Shown: in pieces, positions 38,105-52,300 of the stretch
Numbering within the stretch: the first letter of the stretch is position 1
How the letters are laid out: each line of letters opens with the position of its first letter
Assembly: GCA_010093995.1 (NCBI GenBank)
Contig: ML992518.1
Span: forward strand, 1 to 64,000
Origin: Elsinoe ampelina
Lineage: Eukaryota
Direction: 5' to 3'
DNA length: 64,000 nt
Translations under genes and position numbers: made by a program
Notes under the pieces: model-generated
Told to the model about the DNA's origin: nothing
The model's input: the letters and a program-made list of their open reading frames with translations, nothing else
The model's database searches: none

Positions 38105-41100
38105 CTAGTAGCCTCTATATAATTATAAATATTAATTATAACTAACATTTTTAATTCTAACCTTTAAAGTATATAATAAATAGAAAGGATTAAAGTATTA
38201 TTATATTATATTATTATAGTAAAGAAATTTGTTACTCTCCCTATACTATTTCTCTAGTATAAAGTACTACTTAAAGCTCTAACCCTTAATATATTACTAA
38301 CCTAGAACTTCTTATAGTAGCGCTTAGTAAGGCTAGAGTCCTTAGCCTAGATAGTAATATACTTAGTATAGATAGTATTAAGGTTTATATCTATATATAG
38401 TATTAATAGAGAATTTAACATATATTAGATAAGTATATACCTTCTATATATCTAATAATAAATGTCTCTACTAATTTCTAGAGAGCTCTAATTATACTAG
38501 TCTAGAAGCAGAAGTTAGACTTAAAGTTCTAAGTAATCTTATAGATAAGGCAAGAAAAGAGAAGCTTACGGAATAATAGAGTAACCTCTTTCTAGTAGCA
38601 ATAAATCTCTTAGAGAGCGACGGCTAGCTTCTATTAGTTCTATACTATAATTAAAGACTATAATAATTACTACTAGGCTTATATCTATACTTCTTTCTAG
38701 GCTTAGCTCTAGATTATAGCGTCTTCTTTATAGTAGGTTACTTCTCTTTATAACCTCTTTCTCTAGGACTAGTAGTAGCTTAAGGACAATTCTTAGTATA
38801 TACTATAGTAGAACGAGAGGTTATTTATATATAGCTAAGGAGTTAAAGTTTATATATAAAATTTTAATATATATAAAATAGTAAAAAGAGAAGGCTAGAG
38901 TAAGAAATATAAAATCTATTATTAGATACGCTATTTACTATTAATAATAGAGAACAATAGAAGAATAATAAATAACTTATATAATAATAGCTTTGTTATT
39001 CCTTACCCTAGCTTTCTCTTTTATTATTTTATATATTTGTAAATTATAATTTCTAACTCTAACTTTACTTTTATACCTTTACCTCTTTTACTTACCTTAT
39101 GTATAATTTATATACTATAAATACTCTTTTTATTATATTTAATTAAATGTCTATACCTATAGAAGACGTTAAGATAGAGTAGAAAGAGTAGGTAGTAATT
39201 AAGTAAGAAAAAGACTCTAGGGAGAATATTCTAAGAGAATTATTAGGAGTATTAATTATAGTTTCTTATTATATATAGTTACTAACAATGCTAGAGGTTT
39301 AATTCTAAGTAGTAGAAAATTAAATACTAGATCTCTTAGCATAGCGCTAGTTAAACTAGAAGGAGCTATAAGACTAGATTTATCGCTAGATACTTTAGAC
39401 CTCTAAGTTAAAGCGCTTATACTATTAAGTAGAGAGATTATACTTCTTAGCGTATATATAAGAAGTAAGCCCTAGCTACTACTTATATAGTAGATTATAA
39501 AGCAGTTAGTACTTTACGTAATAAGATTAAGATAGAGGATAGGTAGAACTAGCTCTCTACTAATAAGTAGAATATTAAAATTAATAATGCTATTAATAAT
39601 ATAGAGGAGAAACGCTTTAATAAGTAGAGGAGTAGTAAGTCTATTATTATAGTATACTATTATAGTAGTACTAATTATTATAGGTAAGTAGCTCGAATTT
39701 ATATTTATATAGACCTATAAGAAATAGACTAGTATTAGAAAGACTCTATAAAAGCAAAAGTATAATAAGATTATTAAGCATATCTAAGATAATATAGTAG
39801 TAAATTAGTAAGGCAAATAACAGCTAATATAAGCCTATATATATATCTACGGTACTAGCTATATTATTAAGAAGCTATAGCGCTAAATTTACTAGGATAG
39901 CTATATAAGCCTTGTTACTAATAATACTAACAATAAATAGATATATAAGATTTTTTTTAAGTAGCTTAAAGAGCTTTCTTCTATAGAATTAGTAGTCTTA
40001 TAGGATTCTAACTAGTAGTAAGTTTATTATAGTCTTTAATTATAGTATATTCTAATAATTGTATAGGTAAGTTATTCCTCTATCTCCTAAGTATAAATAT
40101 ATCTCTAAGCTTAAACTCTATAGTACTAGGCTATACTATAAAGGAGACAATAATAATAAGTATAAGAAGGAGGTTAAGAAGGATAAGAATAAGATCGAAA
40201 GGATATTAGATAAAGAAGCTAGTAGTAAGAAGGATAATTATTTAGGTGTTAAAGTTAAAGATAAGTTAGATAGTAAAGATAAGAATAATAAGGTTATAGA
40301 GCACTCTAAGCTTAAGACTAACACTAATAATAATAATAAGGATAAGGATATAGAGAATAAGAATACTACTAAGGTTAAGGATAAGAAGATGTCTAATACC
40401 TAGGTATAATAGAGATTAAAAGTACAAAATCTATAAGTAGTAGCATTAGAGAATATAGTTTATAATTAGAATCTATAATTAGTAATCCTCTCTTATTAAC
40501 TTTTAAGATTACTACTTAAACTTTTTAGATTACTAATACTCTACTAGGTATAAAATTAATTACTCTACTCTACTCTATCTACCTCCTAGTATACTCTACC
40601 CTTACCTACCTTAGCGTAGGTATACTAAGAGGTAAGTAGAGTATAGGTAGAGTAGGGTATAGGTATCTAAATTATATACCCTACTCTACCTACTAACTAC
40701 TCTAGTTATAGTTTATATAATATTTAGTAGTACTAACTTAAGATCTAGTTCTCTAGCTATAACCTTATTACTCTAGGTTAGTTAAGTATAGTTTTAACTC
40801 TAATCGACTCTAGAGACTCTACTAACTAGTAGCTATTAAGGGACTATCTACTAGTTATATATTATTAGTTATTTTTATTAAGAGTAACCTCTAAGAGGCG
40901 TATAGAGTTTATTAACGACACCTTTTGTTAAGTCTATTAATAAAACTTTAAGTAACTTATACCTAGTAACTACTAGAAGCTACTAACCTAGCTTTAATAA
41001 CTAGTAAGAAGGTAGTACGACCTCTAAGAAGGTAACTCTTAAGTTTATTATTAACCTTCTAAAGAGAAGTATTATAACTACTAGATATCGATTAAGTTTA

Positions 41101-42922
41101 ATTATTAATACTAGTTAAACCTCTAGAGAATTTACTTAAACTTTCTAACTACTTAGTTACTTTTGCTAAAAGTAGCCTAGTAAATAGAGTTAAATCGGCC
41201 TATAGTACTACTCTCCGACTTATAAACCTTCTTATTAAATAGTACGTAATAGTAGTTAAAGGAAATATATAGAGTTATACTTATCTTTATAACTAATATC
41301 TATTAGACTACCTAGAAGGCTAGTTACATTACGGATTATTATTAAATATAGCTATTCGTATATATAGAGCATAGGCTACGACTTATATTAACTAACTCCG
41401 TTACGAAAATCCTAAGGCTAGAACGGCTAGAACAGGTAGAACGACTAGAAACACTAGAAACGTAGCGCTAGTTTTTTAGTGCAGAGAGAATTTTTTTCTT
41501 AAAGGCCGAATCTTTATAGCGACTATTATATACGTTTATTTCTTATTGTGGAATACGTGTGTTCTATAGCTAAGTAGGTAAGTGTATAACTTATAAGTAA
41601 TTCCTTTTTCTACTATATAAAATTTGTTATTCTAAAAAGCCTCGAGTCTAATTCCGAAATATGTTACGTATAGAGTTTTTTTTCAAATTTTAGCTAGAAC
41701 GGCTAGAACGGCTAGAACGGCTAGCGAGCGCTAGCGGCGCTAGTAATAGCTAGGACATAGAGTAAGCTAGAAACGCTAGAAACGCTAGAAACGTAGTAAT
41801 CGCTACCGTTTCTAAGCGTTTCTAGGCTTTAGAATTTTTGTAACGTCTAAAGCTTAAATAGTATTTTACTAATAGAACTTCTAACTTAACTATATACTCT
41901 AAGCGTAAATAGCGAAGGCTCTCGAGTATAGTCTTAGCCTCCGTAGTTAGTAGTAAGACTAGTAGACACTCCTTAAGAAGCCTATACTAATAATAGTTAA
42001 GGGTAACAACTAGAGTAACTAGAGTCTCGTCTAGAGACACTATAACCTTTTTAAAGATGCTTAGCTATTCTACGTATACTAGTAAGAGAGGAGCTATAGG
42101 AATTAGTTCTATATACCCTAGTCCTAGAGAAATATTCCTAATTAATCTCTAGAGCCTCTAGATATTCTATAAGTAACTCTCCTATACTAATAGTAACACC
42201 TAAGTAACTTAATAATATAGTTATATATATTCTAGACGATCTAACTAGATACTCGAGTATTACGAGCGAATAGCGTACCGAGATAGTTACTCTATCTCGG
42301 GCTATATTATAAGCTCTACCTATAGTAACCTAGATAGTTAAATAACCTCTAGAAGCTAAAATTAGAAAGCGATAGTTAAGGGACAACCGCTTCGACGAAA
42401 TAGCTTCTAATCTTAACTATCTAGAGCGCTAATATAAGATTAGCTATTAAAGGACTATCTTCTAGAGATTAGTATATATAGTTCTAGAGAAAGATAACCT
42501 TTTTATATTTTTCCCTCGAGTCTAACGACGTACACTAGAGCCTTCTCTATTAGTTAAGCCTCCTCTAGAGTTTCGATAAGTAGCTATAGAAGAACTCTCT
42601 ACTACCTTAAGGTAAGCTTTTCCTATAATAATATAAGCTTAACTTAATACTCTTTAAGGTTTTACTTCGAGGATAGTTAAGAATAAACGCTATTAAGCTA
42701 TAGTAGAGACACTTACTACTTAATAGTAATAATATAATAGGCACTCTAAACGCCTCGTAGTAGCTAGCCTACTCTCCTAGAACGCTCGGGTATAGTAAGA
42801 ACTAACTAACTAACCTAGCTAAGATTAACTAGTATAAGATTAACTCTAAGTCTATACTAGCGAAGCTTCTACTCTAGATAATAACAATAGAGGAAACAAT
42901 TGTTCTTTACCCTACGACAATT

Positions 42923-45900
42923 ATGTCGACTAATACTATTTAGACTAGAACGACTATAGCTACGTAGATAACTATAACTATAACAATTAATACTACTATA
43001 AGGAAAATACTAGATAGAACTAAGCTTATAACTTATACTAACTAATAGACTAGCGCTATAGAGAGTTAGATTACTTCTATTACGATAGCTATTATAAGAG
43101 AAAGAATAAATAACAACGAGCCTAAGGTAACTACTTAGTATACTATAATATTAACGCCTAACATCTAGCTAGTATATACTATACTAACTCTAAAGAGGAG
43201 ATAGTTAACTTCTACTACGACTATACTAGAGTAGGGACACCTCTAAATAACTATACCTATCCCTTAGTTCTACTACTATCGCCCCCTAGAGATAATAGGC
43301 ATAGTAGAGGATAGTATAATAACTATAGAGAGTATTATAATAATAACCGCGACCGAAGAGAAGGCTACTATAACTACTACGATACTAACTATAGTAGGTA
43401 GAATTACCTCGACTATTATCTAGATAATTTAGATAATAACTCGTTAATAGATAAAGAAGATAACCGATTTATAACTTATAGGTACTACTTCTATAAATCT
43501 ATCGCTATAGAAATTAAATACTTTAACTCTAATATATAATCTATAGACTAGAATCTAGTTATAACCACTAATAACGCTATAGTTTTTATAAACGTTCGTA
43601 GCTTTATAGATATAGTTAAGAATTTTATTAAGTATAATAACTCTTACTTAGTTAGGTACTAGCTTAACTATTACTTCTAAGGCCGAGCTTATACTTAGTT
43701 TATTAACAAGCTCTCTAAGAGTAACTATAGGTAGGTATATAAGGGCTATAGTATCGAACGTTAGTATAACCTCCTTATAATTAAATTTAAGATAGATTCT
43801 AGTACTACCTATAAGCTATTAATAAAGGAGAGGTTTAGTATAGCGTAGGTTAATAACTATAAGGACCTAGCCGACTATATTTATATAGTAGTTAGCCTTA
43901 CGAGGGATGCTAGTATAGAGTTAAATAAGATAGTACTCCTTTAAGCTTAGTTTAGACTAGATTCTAACCTTTAGCTTTATATTACTTGTCCTAACTATAA
44001 GATAACTATTAACGCCTTCGTAAGGAAGATAGAATTCGTTCTTCTAACCTAGCGTACTATTAGTAAGTCTAAGAGCAACTCTTAGCGCCTTACTAGATAT
44101 ACTAGACCTAAATAATAGTTCGGATCTAACTACTAGTAAGGTCGCCCCCTGTTTATTTCTAATAATAACTAGTATTATTAGCTATATAGGCCTAATAATA
44201 GTAGTACCTATAATAATACTAGTAGAAGTAACAATTCTAGTAACTATAATAGTTATAATAGTAACAATTATAGTAGGGGTAACTATACCTCTAAGTTACC
44301 TTATATACTATATAACTAGTAGAATAGATTCTAGAACAACGCCTACGCCCCTTACTAATTCTAGTCTAACGGAAGTAGAAACGCTCTAAGGTAGTCTTCT
44401 AACTAGAATAACTATAGTTAGAGATATTCGAACTAGGGCAACTAAGGCCTAAGAAGTAGCTAAGGGCCTAATAGACCTAACTAAGGCCCTTTAAACCCTA
44501 GCTAATAATTCTATAGTCTACTACTAGTAAGCTAAATAACCTACTCTAGGAATAGCTCTAATAATAACTCTATAGCCTATAACCTAAACTATAGGCGTTA
44601 GTATACTAACCTAGTAGATATATAGGACGTAGCGTTAAAAACAGAGCTAGAAGTAGGTAGGCCGACTTCTACTAACGAAATAATTAGTCTAGGACTAGTA
44701 GTTAATTACTAGCTAAGCCTAACTCTAGTCTATTTTAAGGGACAAGTAACTAACTACGGTATAGACGAAGAAGGCGTAGCTAATCTAGAATAGGTCGACT
44801 ATAGTTAGAAGAATAAGTATAGGCTAAATAATAGATCTAGAGGACTAGAGAGCTAGGAGTTTATTAACTATAACGAGGCTAGTAGCTATTCTTAGTACAA
44901 GTATAAGATTAATAAATAGTATTTTAGTTATAATATTACTCTAGTAGAAAGTATAACTACCTAGTTCTCTAAGTAGAAGCTACTAGACGTTCTAGCGAAT
45001 ATAGACACTAATATTAGACTACGAGAAATTACTATATAGCTCTACTAGAAGAAATATAAGTAACTACTAAAGTAACTACGTTACGTAATCGAATAGTAAC
45101 TCTAAGGAGATACGAATAAAGAGCTAATTATTAAACTCTAAAACTAGTAAGACGTTATTAGTTATAGCTTTTATAGTTAGTACTACCTCCGGGCCTTAGT
45201 TAAGTTCTCTAAATAAGGAGAAGAGCGTCTAGTCTACCTCGATATAGAAGCCTTAGAATTCTATATCGACGAGGACTTAGTAAAGCTTCTTAGGCTAGCC
45301 TTATAACTACTTTAATAACTATTAGAAGTTAAGGGAGTAGTAGGTATAAGAGTAGCTAAACATTTTATTATAGTTTCTCTTTTCCTTCTTAGTTAGAGAA
45401 ATAGTCTTCGTTATAGTCTATAAACTATAATACTATACCTAGTAATGCTAAATCTTCCCCTAGGAATCCTAGTAGAGATAGATATTATTAGACTACTTAG
45501 CTTAATAATTAATATATAAGATTAAACTCTCTTAGTACCTAAGGTAGATAGTTAGCTTATAGCTATTTAGGTAGACTATAAGTAACTAAAGGAACTCTCG
45601 ATACTATTAAGAGCTAGAAAGGTAGTTAAACTACCTCTAAGAACTATAGCTTATATATAAATCTCCTAAGACAACTATAGCACTCTCGACTAAATTTCCT
45701 AAAGAACTAACTAAGGTAACCTTAAGCTTATTCCGAACTAGTACGGATTTAGGAAATCTAACTATAACCCCTTAGCTAGAGCTATAACCTATATATATAT
45801 TACTAACGTAAATCTAGAAGGTATATAGGTACGTAACGATACTAATACATTTATTATAATACTAGTAAATGCCTAACTTAGAGTCCTACGCCTATATAAC

Positions 45901-48900
45901 TATAATAGAGTATACTAGGTTAACGAAGACTACGCTCTAGAAGCGCTTTTAGGAAAAGAGCGACTAGAAAGAAATATATAACCTCTCCTAGACTAAGATA
46001 TTATAGAGGGGCTAGATAAACTACTAATAGTCTAACTAACTATAACAGAGGTAAAGTTACTAAATAGAATTATAATATACATAGAAGAACTATAAGTAGT
46101 AGTATAACTTATAGCTCTTATAGAAAAATATAGTAAGTTATAGATAGATAAGAGTATAATAGTTAATCTTCTAGAAAGCGAGAGAATAGAAATACTATTA
46201 ATTAAAGGCTAGGAAAAGAAGGTATTAATAATATTAACTCGCCTCTACCTACTAAGCGCTCTAGCTAGATAAGTTATTAATAATACTTTCGATAAACTCT
46301 ATATAGAAGGTAAGATATAGTTTATAACTCGCCTAATGCCTTTTAGGTTTCTAGTCTTTATAGTATAGAAGAACGTCCTAGTTAATAAGAAGCTAGAATA
46401 GAAAGGTAAACTAGTAGTTAATATTCGTAGCCTTAATAAGATTAGTTAAAAGGATAGCTACCCTATTCCTTTATAGTTAGACCTAATTATAGCTCTACAC
46501 GGTGTAAAGTATATTATAACTATAGATATAGTTATATTCTTCTACTAATAGTTAACTAAGGAGAGCGAAAGGTATAAGTTTATAGTAAATACTTACCGCG
46601 GACAAGAGTAATTCCTTATAGCTCTAATAGGTTAGAGTAGTAGTATATAGTACGTCTAATAGATACTCGATAAGATCCTATAGAAATTATAGCGATTTTG
46701 CTAAGCCTATATAGATAATATTATTATTTTTAGTATAACTATTAAGGAATATATAGAATATCTAGAACTTGTCTACTTAACCTTACTTATATACTAAATT
46801 AGTATTAGCTCTAAAAAGACCTTTATAAGCTACCTATTAGTCTTACTACTTAGCTAATAGGTGTTAGGCCTAGATATATCAATATAGAAGAAATAACTAA
46901 AAGCTATCCTAGTACTAGAGTTCCTAAAGAACCTAAAAGACCTAGAGTACTATCTTAGGTTAATTAGATTTATATAGCTATATATTCCCTACTACGCTTA
47001 GATTATCGAACTACTATAGAAGAGAAAAATATAACTACTAAAAGTAAGCCCGAGCGCTAAAGGTAACCTATAGAAAAGGTATATAGAAAAAACAATAGTT
47101 AAGTAAGATAATAAGAAGGCTCGTAAGGCCTTTAAGACGCTCTAGAACTAGTTCTATAACTACTTATTCCTACGACATTCTAACTCTAATTAATAATTAT
47201 ATATTAATATAGATACGTCTAGGGTTAGAATTAAAGTACTTATTTATATAGTTAAGGGAGACTCTTAACCTATTATAGAGGATAGTAAAGTAATAAAGTT
47301 TAAAGCTAAGAATATAGAACTAGTAATGTTCTTAAGTAAGGCCTTAATAGACATAGAAATATATTACTAGTCTATAGAACTCGAAATAGCTAGACTAGTT
47401 TAGGTTATCTATAAGGTCTACTATATAATTAAAGGTAGTAAAAAGAATATCTTTATCTTTACGGACTATTACGCTATAATAGCTATTTCGAAATAATATA
47501 GCCTAATAACTATAACTTTAACTAATAAGCTTAATCTTAAATTAGTATACGTAGCTAACTACCTATTATAGTTTAGGCTCGATGTCCGATATAGACTAAG
47601 GAGGATACATAAAATCCTAGACGTATTAAGCTAGTTAATATCTAATTCCTTAAAAGAAGAGGTTACTAGAGACGTAACTAAGGAGGTTCTTAACTCTTTC
47701 TCTTATATATTTTACTCTATACTAGTTAAACTAGATAAGGACTTTAAGAGGGAACTTAAAGCTAGCCTTTTAAGAGAGGACAGTTAGATAAAGACTCTCG
47801 AATTAGTTAAGCTAGTAGAGGAAAAGAGAAGTTAACTAGCTAAAGAATAACCTACGGAAGAAAATATAGTATAGATTAACTATCTCTTCTTTTAGAAAGA
47901 CAATTTACTCTATTATAAGAACTCTATAGACGGAAGAGAGAGGTTATATATTCTAGAGTGCCTTAAAAAGGAACTATTCTAACAAGCGTATAATAACCGT
48001 TTCTATTTAGGCTTTAACTATATATATAACTAACTTATAGCATCTATATATATAAAGAACCTAAGCCGTAAGCTTAGAAAGTATATTAGACATTATTATA
48101 CTTATTTATTAAACAAGCTACCTCGTTATAAGCCTAATAGTTAACTTTAACCTATTCTAGTTCTAAATATACCTTACTATATAGTTATAGCTAATTTTGT
48201 TATAGAACTACTAATAACTCTAGATAGTTACGATAAACTAATAATATAAACCTATAAGGCAAGTAAACGTATCTTATTTATAAAGGGTAGATTAACTTAG
48301 ATAGCTATAGAATAGAGCGTAGCCTAGGTTAATTAGATAGAGTAGTATAAGTAGGGGTTTCTCTTTTAGTTTATCTTTAATAGAGACTCCCTTTTTCTAT
48401 TAGAATTCTAGAAAGGAGTATTCTACCGAATAGAAGTCTAAATACTTACGGTAATAGCCTAGCACCTATAGATAGATAGATAATTAGAAAGGACTAACTA
48501 AATAGTAGAGATAGCTATTAGGTACTACTATACTAATTAACTAGAGTCTAGTTAGGATTTCTACCTTAACCGATTATAAGCTATAATAAACAACAGCTAT
48601 AACGTAAGTATAAGTATATTACCTAATAAGTACCTCTTTAGGAGTAAACTAAACTTCGATTTAGTAAACTAATTAGATAGCTTACTAGAAGGAGACTTAG
48701 TTACAATAAGATAGTAAAATCGCTAGTTAGCGGAAGATATACTATACTTTATATAAATAATATAGAAATAATATTATAACGAGAAATATAAAGACATTAA
48801 GTTTTAACTAGGAGATAAGGTTTATTTAAGGCTCTACTATAGATATAAGGTTCTAGGACAATTAAAGAAATTAGGTAATTAGTTCGCTAGCTCTTTTACT

Positions 48901-49360
48901 ATCGAATAAAGAGTTAGATGTATAGTATATAAGTTAGAAATAATAGGTAGACTAAAAAATGTCTACCTAGTCGTTATAGTTTAATAACTAAAACTAGCGC
49001 CGAAAGAGAAAGACTTATATAACTATAAGGTCGCGGACTATACTTAGCTAGAGCTAGTAGAGACTCCTAATAAGGTTATAAAGAACAACAATTCTTACAA
49101 AATTAAAGTACTAGTTAATAAACGTATAGTAATAAGAAAGAGAAAAGCATATACTTAATATCTAGTTAAATAGAAAGGATATAGCCTATAGGACAATATA
49201 TAGTATAATATTAAAGACTTAGGGGACGTAACTAGCCTTATATAAGACTACGAACGCTACTATCTATACTAAAGACTTATTATTAGAGAGTATAGCTACT
49301 AAAGACAATAACTAAAATCTAAGTTCGAGTAAAAGGAGTTAGCCTTAGCCGACGCCTAAT
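42923..49360 (+). pseudogene. RIP-degenerate gag-pol of Gypsy B with chromodomain (ends approximate)
   Basis: Protease-like LDIEA ~45238. RT LVVNIRSLNK ~46411 and YIDNIII ~46708. RNase H, integrase. Chromodomain YLVK*KGYSL*DNI* ~49159. Confidence 0.85.
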
Positions 49361-52300
49361 AACTCTATAAATTATATAATTTACCTTCTAGCTATTCCTA
49401 ATCTAGACGTACCCCTCTAGTAGAAATATTAATAAACTTATAATTCTATTACCTTACCTAAGGGATTATTATTTATAAACCTTAGATATATAACTAGTAC
49501 TATAATTAAGAAGTATATACTCTCTAAGGAACCTAAATAACTACTACTACCTATAAAGAAGGCAAAAACGAACTCTATTCTATAAATTACTAGAGCATAG
49601 GTAAAAGTAACTAAAGACTTAAACGAATAAGACATTAAAACGGAACTAGTCGCGTAGATAAGACCTTTAGCTAAGAAGTTACTAACTAAGAAAGGCTTTA
49701 GACCTATAACTAGAAGACTAGAACTCTAAAGAGCTAGAGACTAATATTAAGTAAGACTAATAGTTAAGAGTAGAAGTAGAGCCGACGTAGTTATAAAAGT
49801 AGCAAACGAGTTAAATACTTAAATAGAAACTACTAATACTAGTAGGGATAAGATAAAATAGCTATATAATAAAACTAGTTACAAAAAATCTCTATAGAAT
49901 TTAGTTAATAATATAACTAAGCTTAACTTAACTAATAGTAAGCTAAACGCACTATATAACTATAGGGGATAGTAGGCTAATATACTACGCCTAATATAGA
50001 AGAAGAAGCTAGTAGAACTAAAAGTTACTCTATCTTCTACTAGTAAGAATAACTCTATAGACCTTTCGGAGGAACTCTAGTTAGTCCTAGAAGTACTAGA
50101 AGTTAACGAAGATTTCTCTAACTATAACTACTCTCTACTTAACTATATACTAATAATAAAAGGAGTTATAGGTAAAGCTATTACTCTACTCGAGTAGGAT
50201 CCTAAACTTACTAACCTCCTAAAAGTATTCTAGGCTAGAGCATCTACCCTATTAATCTATAGGGATTAACGTAACATCTAGAAACTACTAACCTTAAATA
50301 GAAACTTCGCTACTAAAGTTCTAGGTTTCCTAACCTAAGCTAATATAAAAAAGACTAAGGGTAAGAAAGTAGAGATAGATAACTACTAGATATAGGTTAG
50401 TAACGAAATACTAGCTAAATAGGGCCTATACCTATTCTTTGTAGAATAATAACTAATAATAGGTATAATAAGAGATATAATTAAAGTAGTATTTAAGGCC
50501 TATAGTTAAGATAAGAAACAATATAAGAAGGTTCTACTTCTTCTCCTAGATAAAGTAGACAATCTATAGAAGGTAGTTATAGCTAAGTATATTCTCTAAT
50601 AACTTAATAAGTAGAACCTCTTAACTAAAGAAAAGAAGCTATATAGTATTTTAAAAATAATAAGAGAGAAGTATACTAACCTCCGAGTATAGTAGAACTA
50701 TAGAAAAGCAAAGATAGAACTAGAAGAATAGGACCGATCTAATACGTTATAGGAAAAGCTAATAGATAATAGAGAGAGAGAAAAGGAAGTTAACCTAAAA
50801 TAAGTAACTAAAGATATTCTATTAAACTACCTAGAAGTTAATGTCGAAGTTATAGACATATTATACTTAAACTAGACTAGTATTAAGAAGTTAAAAGCGA
50901 TTAAAGAATCTTGTCCGAGTAACGTTATTATAGTTAACTATCTTCTTATACTCTATAAGAGACTAATATTTAGAAATAATAAGAAGATATAGGTAAGGTA
51001 CCTATATATTAATACTTATACTAATCCTAGAGATCTCTCTACTAAGATATATAATCTACTAAACTATAACCTAGTAGAGGAACTAGTTAAGATCTATAAA
51101 GTTAAGAACTAGAAAAGGTTAATCTTAGAGTTTAACTATAACTAGAAGGTAGACTACTTACTATTATACCCCCTAGCCTTTATTATTCTTAACCTCTAGA
51201 TTAAAGAAATTAGCAAAGCTAGGTTATAGTATCTACTATAGAGCTATAGCGTAGTATACTCCTAAGTAACTATAAGTACGATTTTTAAATTAACTACCTA
51301 AGAGTATAAGTTATCTAACCTAGTCTTTATCGAGATAGTATAACTTAAAGATATACTAAAAGGGTAAAGAGGCCTTATAGACGGCCTTAAGGACCTCGCT
51401 ACTCTCCTAAGATAGGTTAGCCTCCTCGATATAGACGAAGTAAGAAGAGTCTATAATTACTAGACGTAGAAGCTCTATACTACCTAGAATAAAAACCTAT
51501 AGTATAATAAGTTAGAACCTATAATAAAGATAATACTTCGACCTAAATTCTCTAAAGAAGAGTTAATACATTTTTAAAAGACAGGAACTATAATAAACTT
51601 CTTAGAATAAATCCGAATTAAAGAAGAACTAGCGCTTAATAACAATAGCGGACCTCTCCTAAAAGTTAACTATTTTAGGCTAGTTATAATTATAATAGAG
51701 AAATATATTTTACTTACTAGCTATTACTAGAGGCTTTTAGTATATAACGACGACGATGCTAGTTATATAAACTACTAGTTATACGTTCTACTCTATAGTT
51801 AGGTAAGGTACGCTTACTCTACTTAATTACTAAACTACTAGAAGGAAGTAATTAAGGCGTATAAAATCGAAGGCGACTTAGACTTACTATTATAAGAAAT
51901 TATAGAACACTAGACCGCTTTATACAAAATAGCGAAGTATTTAATATTCTAAGGATACTCTAGATACGATACTAAGGTGCCTATATAGTACACGTACGAC
52001 TTAGTTATATTAATAAAGTTACTAAGAGCTCTAATAAAGAATAACTAAATTAAAAGCAAGTTCGTTGCGAGATATAACGCTACTAGAGAATAATTAAATA
52101 GAGAGCTTAAGGAATTTAAATAATAGGTCGTACGACCTTAACTAAAAACCTCTATATTAAAGAGTAGACCGACTAAAACTAGAAGGCATAAACCTATTAA
52201 TATAGGCGCTAGCGGTACTCTAATACCTAGTAAGAAAGATAACTAGAAAACTAAATAAGGCTATAAGAGGAAGTTAACTAACGTAGGCTAAGGAACTAGC

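Larger units (their letters stand above)
21347..40704 (-). mobile_element. hAT-family DNA transposon (~5.8 kb net) with TIRs and 8-bp TSD, inserted in the 5' LTR of B
   Basis: Left end TAGGGTAGTTAGTAGGTAG; right end CTACCTACTAACTACTCTA (inverted, one mismatch). TSD ATTATAGT (21339-21346) and GTTATAGT (40705-40712). GGTA/TACC-rich subterminal repeats. Confidence 0.88.

Noticed and set aside
49438..49635. 65-aa hydrophobic ORF in the track
   Set aside because: Chance ORF in RIP-mutated AT-rich DNA inside Gypsy B.
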